Below, in pieces: positions 18,243-27,648 of a DNA stretch of 64,000 bases. A program made the translations under genes and the position numbers. The notes beneath the pieces were generated by a model. That model was not told where the DNA came from, did not search any database, and was given only the letters and a program-made list of their open reading frames with translations. This stretch comes from Patescibacteria group bacterium. GTDB taxonomy: Bacteria > Patescibacteriota > Minisyncoccia > Phycocordibacterales > UBA9973. Within the stretch, counting starts at the first letter, position 1. Each line of letters begins with the position of its first letter. Location: NCBI GenBank assembly GCA_028868715.1, contig JAGWUB010000002.1, forward strand, positions 211,388-275,387, in the 5' to 3' direction.

Positions 18243-18929
18243 CTATTGCAAGGTAATACTTTTTATAGTGATCGGATCAATTGGCCTATCATTGGCGCCA
18301 GTCTTCACGAGTCCAATTTTATCTACGACATCTTGCCCAGCAACTACGTGCGCAAAAATTGTGTATGCAGGAGGAAGTGGATAGTTTGCCGTCATAATGA
18401 AAAATTGACTGCCATTGGTATTTGGTCCTGAGTTTGCCATAGCGACTATGCCCTTTTTATAACCTGTTTTATATAGATCTGATTGTGGGTTTATTTCATC
18501 GGCAAAGCTGTAGCCTGGGCCTCCTGTGCCCCAGAGCGCCATTTTACTGTCATCCTTGGAAAGTGGGTCCCCTCCTTGAATCATAAAATTCTTGATAACT
18601 CTGTGGAATTTAACCCCATCGTAAAAATTGCTTCCAGCTAACTTCGTAAAATTAGCTACAGTTTTTGGAGCATCGGTATTATAAAATTCAATTTTAATAT
18701 CTCCCATACTTGTATGTAATGTCGCGTCCATAATTTTTTTTGTATCGTTTACGTTAGTAGTAATTTTTGTATCCTTAGTGACACTTGTGTCATCTGTAGG
18801 AGTTTGGGTTTGCGCAACAGTCGAGGTGTCAATCGAATTTGCACCTTTTTCATCACGTGATTTAAATGCTAATAAAGCTATACCACCGATAATAATAACA
18901 ATAACTGCAATAATAATATATTTTTTCAT
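18243..18929 (-). CDS. ppiB: membrane-anchored cyclophilin-type peptidyl-prolyl cis-trans isomerase
   Basis: HRVIKNFMIQGGDP, GTGGPGY and MANSGPNTNGSQFFI cyclophilin motifs. N-terminal TM anchor and Thr-rich linker. Confidence 0.9.
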   Translation of the reverse strand: MKKYIIIAVIVIIIGGIALLAFKSRDEKGANSIDTSTVAQTQTPTDDTSVTKDTKITTNVNDTKKIMDATLHTSMGDIKIEFYNTDAPKTVANFTKLAGSNFYDGVKFHRVIKNFMIQGGDPLSKDDSKMALWGTGGPGYSFADEINPQSDLYKTGYKKGIVAMANSGPNTNGSQFFIMTANYPLPPAYTIFAHVVAGQDVVDKIGLVKTGANDRPIDPITIKSITLQ

Positions 18930-18938
18930 CTTTTTATA

Positions 18939-19490
18939 TTAATCTTTTTTGTAAAAATGAGCAACTGCCAAAAGGGTGAGAAGAGCGAAAAATGCTGTCA
19001 GCGCGAGCATGGGAATGGAAATATATCCGCCAAATTCAGAAACTAGGTGCTGATAGCATGATACTCCCGAAGCATCGCATGGAGTGTTTGTGGTTTCTCC
19101 AAAATAATAGAAAAAATTCTGATATGCCGAGACTAGAAAACCGATAGATAAGAGTGGGGCGACATATTTTACAATTTTTCTGTCTTGAGTCCAAAAGGCA
19201 ATGCCGAAAAGGAAAAATGATGGGAACATAAATACTCTCTGCCACCAACACAAGACACATGGAAGAAAATGAATGATTTCAGAATAAACCAATGGAAATA
19301 GCGAAGCGAAAAAGGAAATTAAAAAGCTGAGTACAAGGAAATGTTTACTGACATAATCCAGAAATTTATTCCTACTGTTTTTTTTATAAACAAAAAAAAG
19401 TAAAAATAGTGTAATGACTGAAAGAATCTGCAGAGCTATTGCTCCAGCTCCAAGAAAGACATTCAAATAGTGTATATTGTCGGGATTCAT
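18939..19490 (-). CDS. DsbB/BdbC-family disulfide bond formation protein
   Basis: 4 TM helices; CVLCWWQR (CxxC) in loop 1 and a second Cys pair, PCDASGVSC. Confidence 0.75.
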   Translation of the reverse strand: MNPDNIHYLNVFLGAGAIALQILSVITLFLLFFVYKKNSRNKFLDYVSKHFLVLSFLISFFASLFPLVYSEIIHFLPCVLCWWQRVFMFPSFFLFGIAFWTQDRKIVKYVAPLLSIGFLVSAYQNFFYYFGETTNTPCDASGVSCYQHLVSEFGGYISIPMLALTAFFALLTLLAVAHFYKKD

Positions 19491-19497
19491 TTTTTTA

Positions 19498-19911
19498 TTA
19501 TTGAGGTAGTGTACAGGAAGTGGCAGAAGCTAACGTCTCGAGCTTGACTCCTGCGCCATCTGGAGAATCATCGGGAATTCGGGTGCCATCGGCCAGTATC
19601 CAAGTAGGGTAACTTTTTATTCCTTTATCTATACAAACTTGTAGTTGCCCTCCTCCATCAGCGGTAGAACATTCTACATATGGTAAGAGATGAGCTGAAG
19701 AACCGAAAGCTCTCTTTTGAGCTTGGCAATGTGGACACCAGAAAGCGCCATAAAAGGTTGCGCCTTTATCCTTCAAGCAAGTCGCAAAAGCATCATATTT
19801 TCCTGGGCCTGCGGGCACTTCTTTGCTCCTTAATAAAACTGTGCCGATTAATCCTAAAACCAAAATACCTATTACTAATAAGAAGATTTTTACGTTATTT
19901 TTATTATCCAT
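19498..19911 (-). CDS. membrane-anchored thioredoxin-fold thiol-disulfide oxidoreductase (DsbA/BdbD-like)
   Basis: N-terminal TM; FWCPHCQAQK CxxC active site. Confidence 0.75.
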   Translation of the reverse strand: MDNKNNVKIFLLVIGILVLGLIGTVLLRSKEVPAGPGKYDAFATCLKDKGATFYGAFWCPHCQAQKRAFGSSAHLLPYVECSTADGGGQLQVCIDKGIKSYPTWILADGTRIPDDSPDGAGVKLETLASATSCTLPQ

Positions 19912-19928
19912 GCTTTAATTCTATCAAT

Positions 19929-20321
19929 TTAAAAAATCTTTGGCAAGAAAATGATGAGGCCAATGATGGCTGCAGCAAAAGTGGCGAGCAGTACTGCCCC
20001 AGCGGCGACATCCTTGGTATCTCTGGCATAGGGATGATATTCTGGCGAAGTCAGGTTGATATCTATTTCAATGGCCGTGTTAATCGCCTCTGCAACAAGC
20101 ACCAAACTAATTGTCAGTATAATCAATACCCATTCGATGTTTGAAATATGTAAAAGAAAACCTAGATAGATAGCCAAAAGTCCAAAAAAGGAAAGCGCCC
20201 AAGTATTTGGACTCGATTTAAACAAAACCCCAACCCCTCGCCAAGCATGCGTTGAATTTTTTATACGTGGTAAAATCGAAAAATTTTTTTTATCTTTCAT
20301 TTTTAGGTCCAAAATGACCAT
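19929..20321 (-). CDS. dgkA: prokaryotic diacylglycerol kinase family protein (DgkA/undecaprenol kinase)
   Basis: TAIEIDINLTSPEYHPYARDTKDVAAGAVL aligns with E. coli DgkA SAIEAVVDRIGSEYHELSGRAKDMGSAAVL. 3 TM helices. Confidence 0.8.
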   Translation of the reverse strand: MVILDLKMKDKKNFSILPRIKNSTHAWRGVGVLFKSSPNTWALSFFGLLAIYLGFLLHISNIEWVLIILTISLVLVAEAINTAIEIDINLTSPEYHPYARDTKDVAAGAVLLATFAAAIIGLIIFLPKIF

Positions 20322-20628
20322 ATGTTATATTATTATCCATTTCTGTGTCTCGCCTTCTATCTAATTCCTCTTGCTCTGAAAGTTTTTCACGTTCAGCCAA
20401 TTCTTTTCGTTTCTTTTTTTCTTCTGGATCTAATATTTTATTAATATTTTCTATTACTGATTTTTTGTGCTTTTTCAGGATATCTTTCTCCTCTTCAGTT
20501 AATTCTTGACGTCTTACTTCCTTAGCCCAAATAGCTTTTAAAGTCTCTTCTTCAGATTTGGGTTTTGGGAAAAGATTAGATTGATTTGGGTCTTCCATAT
20601 TCGTATTATATACCATCAAACAAAACAA
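20290..20628 (-). CDS. highly charged (K/E-rich) hypothetical protein
   Basis: 112-aa ORF. The real start is probably the internal MEDPNQ. Confidence 0.35.
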   Translation of the reverse strand: MFCLMVYNTNMEDPNQSNLFPKPKSEEETLKAIWAKEVRRQELTEEEKDILKKHKKSVIENINKILDPEEKKKRKELAEREKLSEQEELDRRRDTEMDNNITYGHFGPKNER

Positions 20629-20648
20629 AGACTATCCACCTGTGGATA

Positions 20649-21821
20649 TTACTGATACTGGATATAGCTAGGTTGAGGGTTTAGTTTTAACAAATCATTT
20701 GGAGTCATCATAGAAGTTCCAGGAGTCAGGATGTCATTTTTATAAAACAATTTAAACCCAGTAAACTGAACCGGCTGTGGGTAAATAAAATTCTTGTAAG
20801 TACCAATTTTTTTTGCCTTTCCACCCCAGCCATCCATATTCATCACTATTTGGACTTCGGGTAATGGTTTTATCTCTTTATAATTTGTTAACATGCCTTG
20901 AGTAAACCGATGCACGACTAAAATTTTTGGAGGTAAATTATTTTCTTTTACAATTTTTGCCAGATAGTTGGCAGCAAAGTTTACATCACTGGCGCTGAAC
21001 GTTCCTATAACTGTGCCCGGCTTGTTGCCAGTTTTCATTGAAAACTCTGGATCAATACCCAGATGTACATTTGGTAATTTTAAATATTTTTCAAAGACAG
21101 GAATTTCACTTTGGACGTTTGAAAGACCTACTTGAATATCTAGAAAAACAATTCCGTGTATTTTGTCTGCCATTTTTACTACCTTGTCTATCTCAGAACT
21201 CGGCATCCGCGCCCTATACTTACCATCCTTACCCGCACTTCCTTGAGCCACCACGGCGATATAGTGTAGTGCTGGAACAACTGGAGTGCTTGGATCAGCC
21301 ACTTCCCATTTTTTTACTTCGGTATTTAATTTTTGCAACATTACATCTTCACTATATTCTCCGAGAACTCCCATGTGCTTTGAGTATAGATTTCCGTAAT
21401 AGGCAACTATGCGATTAAAAGGCAAAAGAGCTCCGGCGTTAGGATATACGGTTTTTACTGGCCAGATATTTGGTAAAGCTATCTTGGCTGGCACCGTCAC
21501 CGTCGTAATCTTACCAGTCTTTTTGTCTTTGATGGTTTTAGTGGTTGGGCCCTTTGGTGGTGGGTTGTTTGCCAGTTCATTTAGCTTTTTATCATAAGTC
21601 GAAGTATTTAATGATGTAAGAACAGGGGTTAGGGGTTTGGTGGGAGTGGATACTTGGTCAGCATCAATTTCTCTCGGTGGGTAAGATATCGTATTACTAA
21701 AAAACTCTGGAAAAACAAAAAACAATACAGCTAGTAAAAATAGCGCCCCAGCAAAAAAAACCAAATGGCTTTTTTTGAATAGATTTTTTAGTCCAGACGT
21801 ATTCCTGTTTTGATCAGTCAT
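20649..21821 (-). CDS. membrane-anchored extracytoplasmic protein, hypothetical (possible TIM-barrel glycoside-hydrolase-like)
   Basis: N-terminal TM anchor; Pro/Thr-rich linker; ~280-aa globular domain with alternating beta/alpha pattern (IVAYYGNLYS, GIVFLDIQVG, HLGIDPEF). No confident family. Confidence 0.45.
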   Translation of the reverse strand: MTDQNRNTSGLKNLFKKSHLVFFAGALFLLAVLFFVFPEFFSNTISYPPREIDADQVSTPTKPLTPVLTSLNTSTYDKKLNELANNPPPKGPTTKTIKDKKTGKITTVTVPAKIALPNIWPVKTVYPNAGALLPFNRIVAYYGNLYSKHMGVLGEYSEDVMLQKLNTEVKKWEVADPSTPVVPALHYIAVVAQGSAGKDGKYRARMPSSEIDKVVKMADKIHGIVFLDIQVGLSNVQSEIPVFEKYLKLPNVHLGIDPEFSMKTGNKPGTVIGTFSASDVNFAANYLAKIVKENNLPPKILVVHRFTQGMLTNYKEIKPLPEVQIVMNMDGWGGKAKKIGTYKNFIYPQPVQFTGFKLFYKNDILTPGTSMMTPNDLLKLNPQPSYIQYQ

Positions 21822-21852
21822 GACTTACAGTATACAACAAAAGTGAGATATA

Positions 21853-23595
21853 TTATACTCTTTCTCCTATTTGCTGTCTCCACATAGCAGAATACAGTCC
21901 TTGTTTAGCCAAAAGCTCGGCATGCGCGCCAGATTCAGTTATGGCACCTTTTTCCAAGACATAGATAGTATCGGCATGCATAATCGTGGAGAGCCGGTGC
22001 GCAATCAAAATAGTAATGCGAGACTCTCCTTCTGAGACATCGCGAATTGTTTTGGTTATTTCTTCTTCGGTCAAAGAATCGAGCGACGAAGTCGCTTCGT
22101 CAAAGATTAAGATATTTGGTTTACGCAATAGGGCCCGAGCGATAGAAAGTCTTTGTTTTTCACCACCGGAAACTTTCACGCCTCCTTCACCGATAAGTGT
22201 ATCTATCCCTTTATCAGCTCTTTTCAAGAGAGATTGAGCGGCGCTTTTTTGCAACGCATCCAAACATTCTTTCTCCGTCGCGTTTGGATTCACGAAAAGT
22301 AAATTTTCTCTGATTGAGCCTGCAAAAAGCTGGGTGTCTTGAGTGACAAATCCAAATTGGCTACGCAATTTATTTAAATTTAATTCATTTTCTTTGATGC
22401 CGTTGTAGAGTACGCTCCCTTCTTTGGGTTCATATAGCCCAACCAAAAGCTTTACTAGGCTAGTTTTTCCTGCTCCTGACGGACCCACAAAGGCTATCGT
22501 CTGTCCGGATTTAACTTCAAAGGAGATATTGAGTAGAGCCGGCTTTTCGGCATTGCTATATGCAAAAGTAACATCATCAAACTTTAATGCCGATATTTTT
22601 TCAATAACTTTGGGGTTGATGGGCACAGGTTCGATGGGCGTATCCATTATTTGTTTAAATCTACCGAGCGCCACTTGGGCATCGCGATAATTGTTGATAA
22701 CGGTGCCCAGTTCTTGCAAGGGACCAAAGATAAAAAATGAATATATATAAAGAGAGAAAAATTGCCCAAAAGTAACTGTGCGAACAAAAACAAGATAGAG
22801 CAAAAAAGCTAATATGATGGTTCGCAGAAAATTTATCATGGTACCCTGCACAAAGCTAACACTTCGGATATAGCGAAGTTTTTTCAGTTCAAGTTTTAAA
22901 ATTTTATCGGTAGTATTATTTAGACGTAAAATTTCCTGATCAACTAACCCGAGACTTTTCACTAGTTCAATATTTCTCAAAGACTCAGTCGTAGATCCAG
23001 CTAGTGCTGTCATTTCGGTGAAAATTATTTTTTGAATCTTTTTTACCTTACTTGTCAGTAGATAACTGGCTATGCCAATAATCGGTATGGTGAGTGCGAA
23101 TACTATCGCCACGCCAAAGTATATATGAAAGGCATAAATAGTGACAAAAATGAAACCAATCAATGACACAAACAGCACATTGATAAATGAAGTAACGAAT
23201 AGCTCACTGGTAGTACGCACATTTTGCAATATACCTAGAGTTTCCCCGCTACGCTGATCTTCAAAAACTGCATATGGTAAGGCTAGTGAGTGTTCTATGC
23301 CATCGTTATAAATTTTTGTCCCCAAACGTTGAGTTACGGTATTTAAATAATAATCCTGAAAATTCTTGGCTACTCGAGACACAAAAGCCGCGCCGACAGC
23401 TATGGCCAGTAAAAAAGAAACTCCACCTAAAAATTGCTTCAAGGTAAATGAATTAAACTTGGTGGCATAGTCGTCTATCACGTGTCGAAAAATAAGTGGA
23501 TCAAGCAAAGAAAAGACTTGATTTACAGTCGCCAACACGAGAACTAGAACACAAAGTTTCCAATACTTTTTCAAATAGTGATAAAAAATTCTCAT
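21853..23595 (-). CDS. ABC exporter, fused permease-ATPase (MsbA/MdlB-like)
   Basis: 6-TM domain followed by NBD with Walker A GPSGAGKT, signature VSGGEKQR and Walker B ILIFDEATSSLD. Confidence 0.9.
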   Translation of the reverse strand: MRIFYHYLKKYWKLCVLVLVLATVNQVFSLLDPLIFRHVIDDYATKFNSFTLKQFLGGVSFLLAIAVGAAFVSRVAKNFQDYYLNTVTQRLGTKIYNDGIEHSLALPYAVFEDQRSGETLGILQNVRTTSELFVTSFINVLFVSLIGFIFVTIYAFHIYFGVAIVFALTIPIIGIASYLLTSKVKKIQKIIFTEMTALAGSTTESLRNIELVKSLGLVDQEILRLNNTTDKILKLELKKLRYIRSVSFVQGTMINFLRTIILAFLLYLVFVRTVTFGQFFSLYIYSFFIFGPLQELGTVINNYRDAQVALGRFKQIMDTPIEPVPINPKVIEKISALKFDDVTFAYSNAEKPALLNISFEVKSGQTIAFVGPSGAGKTSLVKLLVGLYEPKEGSVLYNGIKENELNLNKLRSQFGFVTQDTQLFAGSIRENLLFVNPNATEKECLDALQKSAAQSLLKRADKGIDTLIGEGGVKVSGGEKQRLSIARALLRKPNILIFDEATSSLDSLTEEEITKTIRDVSEGESRITILIAHRLSTIMHADTIYVLEKGAITESGAHAELLAKQGLYSAMWRQQIGERV

Positions 23596-23608
23596 ATTTT
23601 ATATTAGT

Positions 23609-24226
23609 TTAGAAACCTAGATCTTCATTGACTAGGATCATTCTTACCTTTCTTCCGGTAAATTCACTTTCTCTGTTGAAGGTCACTATTTTGCTAGGAA
23701 AAGTTCCGACTCCATATAATTGCTGCATGTGCACTTCTTCAAGAGGAATTACGTGTTCCATCAGACGATTGTAAGCATCTGGTAAGCTTGGAGTGATTTT
23801 TTTAGTACTAACAACAAAAATAAGATTTTGTGAGCTAAATACTATATGTGGTAATTGACTGCCAGTGTTTGAAGCGATAATAAACTCCCCCGTCTCAGCG
23901 AGTCCGTGCACACTGCCCAAATAATATTCTGAAAGAAGGGCTTGCTTGCGAAGTTCAGCTTGTTTGGCACCATCTTTTTCGGCAACTATCGCTGCATGCA
24001 AATTATTCCAGCCGTGTTCACCAGCCTTTAGATAATCTACCAAGCCTATTTGTTCCAAGGTAACTGAAGCTCCATTCATGACCGAAGCTCCTTTGGGGAT
24101 TAATTCTTTTATTTTTGTGAGCGCCTCTGCTCCACTCTGCACGACAAACGCTTCCACGTTCTTAGCAGCAAGGGCTTCGATAGTTTTTTTAGTAACTTCT
24201 TCTGTTGATAGTTTATTATATTCCAT
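23609..24226 (-). CDS. LUD-domain (YkgG/LutC-like, DUF162) protein
   Basis: 205 aa with the LUD pattern (IVFSSQNLIFVVSTKKI...). Confidence 0.6.
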   Translation of the reverse strand: MEYNKLSTEEVTKKTIEALAAKNVEAFVVQSGAEALTKIKELIPKGASVMNGASVTLEQIGLVDYLKAGEHGWNNLHAAIVAEKDGAKQAELRKQALLSEYYLGSVHGLAETGEFIIASNTGSQLPHIVFSSQNLIFVVSTKKITPSLPDAYNRLMEHVIPLEEVHMQQLYGVGTFPSKIVTFNRESEFTGRKVRMILVNEDLGF

Positions 24227-24266
24227 AGATACATTGTAGCATAAAAAAAATTTTAATGCTAAAAAT

Positions 24267-24560
24267 TTATTTTTTCAGCAAAAGAAAAATCAAAAATACG
24301 ATCACAAAGCACGCAAAAAATCCAACTGTTTTACCAAAGAAGGCCACGGCCTCTTTTTGCTTGCCTCCCATATAAAGCTGTATTGGTTCGGATAAAAACA
24401 AAAATCCCATCACAGCCGCTGACAACACAAATAAGCTCAAGACTGCCATTGGAATAAGTAAGGTTTTGCCCGGTAAAATAGAGGTCACCACATTCATGAC
24501 TAAAACTATAATTACGATGTAGAGGGCTGCGGCGAGTGCATGGATAAATGGTTTTTTCAT
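24267..24560 (-). CDS. small 3-TM membrane protein
   Basis: 97 aa, hydrophobic. Confidence 0.45.
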   Translation of the reverse strand: MKKPFIHALAAALYIVIIVLVMNVVTSILPGKTLLIPMAVLSLFVLSAAVMGFLFLSEPIQLYMGGKQKEAVAFFGKTVGFFACFVIVFLIFLLLKK

Positions 24561-24566
24561 AAAATT

Positions 24567-25748
24567 TTATTTTTTATATAAATAAAAGAAATCTCGACTC
24601 GATCCATTGAAATACCTAGCTGGATGGTTGAGGCTTTGTAATTCTTTATTTAAAGGAATGGAATCGTAGGTACCTTTACTATTTTTATTAAAAACATAGA
24701 AATGCACTTGCGAAGGATTAATGTCGAGCTGTACGGCACTCAAAGCCCCAGCCATTCGAAGCGCGTCAGCGAGAGTCATTGGACTTAAATTGTTACCAGC
24801 CGCGTATAAAAGATTACCCATTTTATTTATCCCGATTCCAGAACGCCAAGTATAAGTTCCACGAACTAGCTCTTTTTTAGAGTGTAGTACGCGCCCAAGT
24901 ACTTTTTTATATTCTTCCGGGGTCATAGTTGTTCTGTCATTATTCTCGAGGATTAGTGGGCCATTTTGACGAGCAAAAACTACATTAGTGCCAAGGTTGT
25001 CACCCGTATAATTAAAAATTTTAATGGACCCATCAGAGTAGGTGGCAATGGTTCCTGCGTCAACCTGGAGAGGAGCGTAAGTTTTATCACCCACAACCAT
25101 TCCATATTTTCCATCAGCATAAAGAAAACCACCATTAAATGCACCAACCAAGGTATTGTTATCCGCAACACTCTGTGGGACAACTCCTGGTCCAGGGTTT
25201 CCAAGAGATCCTCCTGGCTCCTTAGTGCCAGCGATAGCATTTATCCCTAAAAGTTTAGTATTTATTTCTACGATGGAAACAATGGCGTATGATCTTTGTG
25301 GATCTGGACGAATAAAAGTAGTAGCCATGACTTCTTTATCTGGGAAAAGTGCCGAAGAAAGGTTGTGCCAAATTCCCTCACCTGAAAGTGGCTTAAAGGA
25401 TTCGTTTGGAATAATCGGTGTATGATCGAGTTCTGGTGAAGTAATTAAATTTTTACCTTGATCTAAAAATTGTGGTGACTCTGGTGCCTTAAATTTATAA
25501 ATAATGTTGTCAGCAATATCAGAAATAGAGAAAAAAATGTTTTCAATAAAAATAACTTGCTGATCTCCTATAAGTGGACGTATATAATTATCGGTGATAT
25601 CGGCGGCAGCTGGGGCATCAAATTTAACGAAAATACCCAAGCCGATAAGCAAGATGACTACTACCAATAGAACCCTTTTAAGCCATTTAATAAAGGTTCT
25701 AAAGCGAAAAGATCTTATTTTTTTTTGATCTAATTTTATATCCTGCAT
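24567..25748 (-). CDS. membrane-anchored phosphodiester-glycosidase-like protein (DUF2233/NAGPA-like)
   Basis: N-terminal TM; VGAFNGGFLYADG resembles the AINGGFF core of the phosphodiester glycosidase family. Confidence 0.5.
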   Translation of the reverse strand: MQDIKLDQKKIRSFRFRTFIKWLKRVLLVVVILLIGLGIFVKFDAPAAADITDNYIRPLIGDQQVIFIENIFFSISDIADNIIYKFKAPESPQFLDQGKNLITSPELDHTPIIPNESFKPLSGEGIWHNLSSALFPDKEVMATTFIRPDPQRSYAIVSIVEINTKLLGINAIAGTKEPGGSLGNPGPGVVPQSVADNNTLVGAFNGGFLYADGKYGMVVGDKTYAPLQVDAGTIATYSDGSIKIFNYTGDNLGTNVVFARQNGPLILENNDRTTMTPEEYKKVLGRVLHSKKELVRGTYTWRSGIGINKMGNLLYAAGNNLSPMTLADALRMAGALSAVQLDINPSQVHFYVFNKNSKGTYDSIPLNKELQSLNHPARYFNGSSRDFFYLYKK

Positions 25749-25754
25749 ATACTT

Positions 25755-26108
25755 TTACTTCTGAAAATAAAAAATAACCACGACACCTAAAATCAATAGA
25801 GCATACCCAATTAATTGTAGAGAGTCTAGCCGTTCATTTAATAGAAATACTGATACAATACTAACAATAATGAAACTCATAATCAACATGACTGGATTGG
25901 CTACAGACAGAGGCAAGGTTCGAAGAGCTAGTACAAAAAAAATAGCATTGATGGCAAAAAGACCACATCCGACTATAACCAAATAGTTCCGAGAGATTAT
26001 AGACAACAGTGACCCATGTAAAGCAACTCCGCGATTGGCGGCTAGTTTAAAAACGACACTTCCGGCCGAATTCAGTATGAAAGCAATTATCAGATATAAA
26101 ATTGACAT
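25755..26108 (-). CDS. 4-TM EamA/SMR-like small transporter (ArnE/ArnF-like lipid-linked sugar flippase candidate)
   Basis: 117 aa with 4 TM helices; SAGSVVFKLAA N-terminal signature of DMT/EamA half-transporters. Confidence 0.6.
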   Translation of the reverse strand: MSILYLIIAFILNSAGSVVFKLAANRGVALHGSLLSIISRNYLVIVGCGLFAINAIFFVLALRTLPLSVANPVMLIMSFIIVSIVSVFLLNERLDSLQLIGYALLILGVVVIFYFQK

Positions 26109-26131
26109 ATATAACGATTATTATAGCATTT

Positions 26132-26581
26132 TTAACCAATAAAGTGTTTAGCGAAGTCGTCTAATATATATATTAACTTAACTTTAAGAGAGTCGCTTTG
26201 GCTCGTTAGTCGTTTTACTTTTATAAAATCAGCGCCTATTTTTTTTGCAAAAAGGCCGTCAATCAATATTTTATCTCCAATAACCAGTAGGTTTGTTTTA
26301 AGCTGATCGGGTAAATTTTTTATTACTTTTTTATTCGGTTTTTTAAAGGACGAAATCAAAAGTGGAATATGTGTTTTATTTGCTATATCATTATCCCGAT
26401 CTGGTAAATGTTTGTTGGAAAATAAAAAAATGGAATTAGCCGTGGCCATCTCTTCAATTTTTTTTGCTACCAGCGGATCTAGGTCTGACCCACCGTCCGC
26501 GGTTATGGTGCCGTCAATATCGAGAATAATGGTTTTACGGGACCAAGCGGAGACATCTAATTCTTTAAAATACTTTTCCAT
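26132..26581 (-). CDS. HAD-superfamily phosphatase
   Basis: ILDIDGTIT (DxDGT motif I) and downstream GDKIL(I)DG motif IV. Confidence 0.7.
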   Translation of the reverse strand: MEKYFKELDVSAWSRKTIILDIDGTITADGGSDLDPLVAKKIEEMATANSIFLFSNKHLPDRDNDIANKTHIPLLISSFKKPNKKVIKNLPDQLKTNLLVIGDKILIDGLFAKKIGADFIKVKRLTSQSDSLKVKLIYILDDFAKHFIG

Positions 26582-26595
26582 TTATATAGTGACAA

Positions 26596-27639
26596 TTAAA
26601 AAAATAATTTAGCCAGCCCAAGTATGCCCTGCTTCCAAGGCACTCTATGGGTCACCCCTGATTTATTTGCGAAACTATCTAAATTTTCAAGATACCAATC
26701 GTAATTTCGCACTAGGGCTTGCTTGTTTGAATATTTAGGATTATAACCGAGAATTTTTTCAGCCTTTTCAATAGACACAAATGAATCTTTGGAAGCCGTT
26801 TCATATACCCATTTATAAAGTGGTGACAAATGTAAGGCTTCTAATATCCGCAGAGTCCAGATCACCGGCGCAGCTGGTAAGCCAATTATTTTTTTACCAA
26901 ATCCAGCCTTATCTAGCACTGCCTGATAATCTTCTTTCATGGTGGTAAATTCCTTGGCGCCAATATTGAAAGTATCATTTACAATTTTGTTATCCAAAGT
27001 AGCACAAAGATAAATGGCATCACATAGATCTTCCACATCTAGAAGCTGATATCTGTTCCTACCATTGCCGATCATGGGAAAATTTTTGCCGTCTTTGGCC
27101 CAATCGTAAAACAAGGCAAATACTCCAAGTCTTTCTTTGCCGATGAATGATTTGGGTCGAATAATCGGCACACACATTCCTTTGGTTCTATATTCTAAAC
27201 AAACATTTTCTGCCAGAATCTTGGCCTCGCCATATGGACCGACGCCAATCAAGGTATCCTCTTCTACTAGGGGGTGGTGGTCAGGGATGCCGTAAACTGC
27301 AGTAGAAGAAATGTGGATCACTCTCGCCACTTTGTGTGCATAGGCGCTTTCTAAAATGTTTCTAGTACCTTCTACGTCGGTAGAAAATATTTCTTCTTTG
27401 GAATAAAGTGGCAGAGCCGCAGCTGTATGCACCACGATATCTATGCCCTCCATGCACTTGTCTACTATTTGTTTATTTCTGATGTCGCCTACTACGACTG
27501 TGATCTTGTCCGTTTGGTCCTTTTCAGGATAATCAAATACATCCTTATCCAAGGAAACAACCGTGTGCCCTTTGTCTATGGCATAACGAATAAAATTAAT
27601 ACCCAAGAAACCCGATCCACCAGTTACAAGAAATTTCAT
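26596..27639 (-). CDS. NAD-dependent epimerase/dehydratase (extended SDR)
   Basis: N-terminal VTGGSGFLG Rossmann motif; 347 aa extended-SDR pattern. Confidence 0.85.
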   Translation of the reverse strand: MKFLVTGGSGFLGINFIRYAIDKGHTVVSLDKDVFDYPEKDQTDKITVVVGDIRNKQIVDKCMEGIDIVVHTAAALPLYSKEEIFSTDVEGTRNILESAYAHKVARVIHISSTAVYGIPDHHPLVEEDTLIGVGPYGEAKILAENVCLEYRTKGMCVPIIRPKSFIGKERLGVFALFYDWAKDGKNFPMIGNGRNRYQLLDVEDLCDAIYLCATLDNKIVNDTFNIGAKEFTTMKEDYQAVLDKAGFGKKIIGLPAAPVIWTLRILEALHLSPLYKWVYETASKDSFVSIEKAEKILGYNPKYSNKQALVRNYDWYLENLDSFANKSGVTHRVPWKQGILGLAKLFF

Positions 27640-27648
27640 ATAGCTTAA

